Origin: Amphiscolops sp. MND2022
Taxonomy: Eukaryota
Assembly (NCBI GenBank): GCA_964187785.1
Contig: OZ076413.1
Coordinates: forward strand, 47,432,001-47,496,000
Length of the DNA: 64,000 nt
Direction: 5' to 3'
Shown: positions 63,700-64,000 of the stretch, one piece after another
How the letters are laid out: the number at the start of each line of letters is the position of its first letter
Position numbering within the stretch: position 1 is the stretch's first letter
Notes under the pieces: model-generated
The model's database searches: none
The model's input: the letters and a program-made list of their open reading frames with translations, nothing else
What the model was told of the DNA's origin: nothing
Made by a program: the position numbers and the translations under genes

Positions 63700-64000
63700 T
63701 TCCTTACTTCTTTTCCCTTTCTTATCATCGACATTCAACACCAACTGTGGCTAAACTTTTGTATTTCGAGAACCAAACTCAAACTTCACTCTTCACCAAA
63801 TTCCTTCTAATATTTGCCGAAAGAAGCTATTAAAAAATTAGAGAGCGTATCACAAAAAAATTGGTAGTCTGTGGACTTCTAACTTCACAGCTACAAAACT
63901 TGTTTGGCGGCCTCAAAACAAATTTCATCCACCCAGTTTATGGGGCCGAACACTTGAATGTACGTTTTGTTCCAGAATCCTGACGTAGAAACTCGAAGTT

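Overview
AT-rich, repeat-dense eukaryotic DNA, almost certainly from an invertebrate animal; it is not prokaryotic. Four minus-strand exons (24582-24716, 22367-22483, 6509-6664, 3907-4110) splice in phase into the C-terminal part of a pentameric ligand-gated ion channel that appears to be of the Cys-less (Pro-loop) type. Most of the other recognisable sequence is transposable elements. The centrepiece is a 15,783-bp Ty3/Gypsy LTR retrotransposon (28654-44436, TSD GTATC) with near-identical 1.74-kb LTRs and an unusual layout. (i) Gag starts inside the LTR and reads through the LTR end and PBS. (ii) Between pol and the 3' LTR lies a four-exon antisense gene of about 1,180 aa that resembles a catalytically dead hAT DNA-transposase with a BED-like zinc finger. 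(iii) Two small sense ORFs overlap at ATGA, and the second runs through the PPT into U3. Three diverged solo LTRs with 5-bp TSDs (4319-6204, 26747-27505, 50366-52238) show the same Gag-in-LTR phase, and two of them also keep the U3 peptide, so the layout looks like a lineage feature. Also present: two decayed short-LTR Gypsy elements, a Tc1/mariner deletion derivative, two TA-flanked MITEs, Helentron/HINE-like repeats including a 3-copy tandem array, and a tRNA-derived SINE-like head. All calls were made by eye; no database searches were run.
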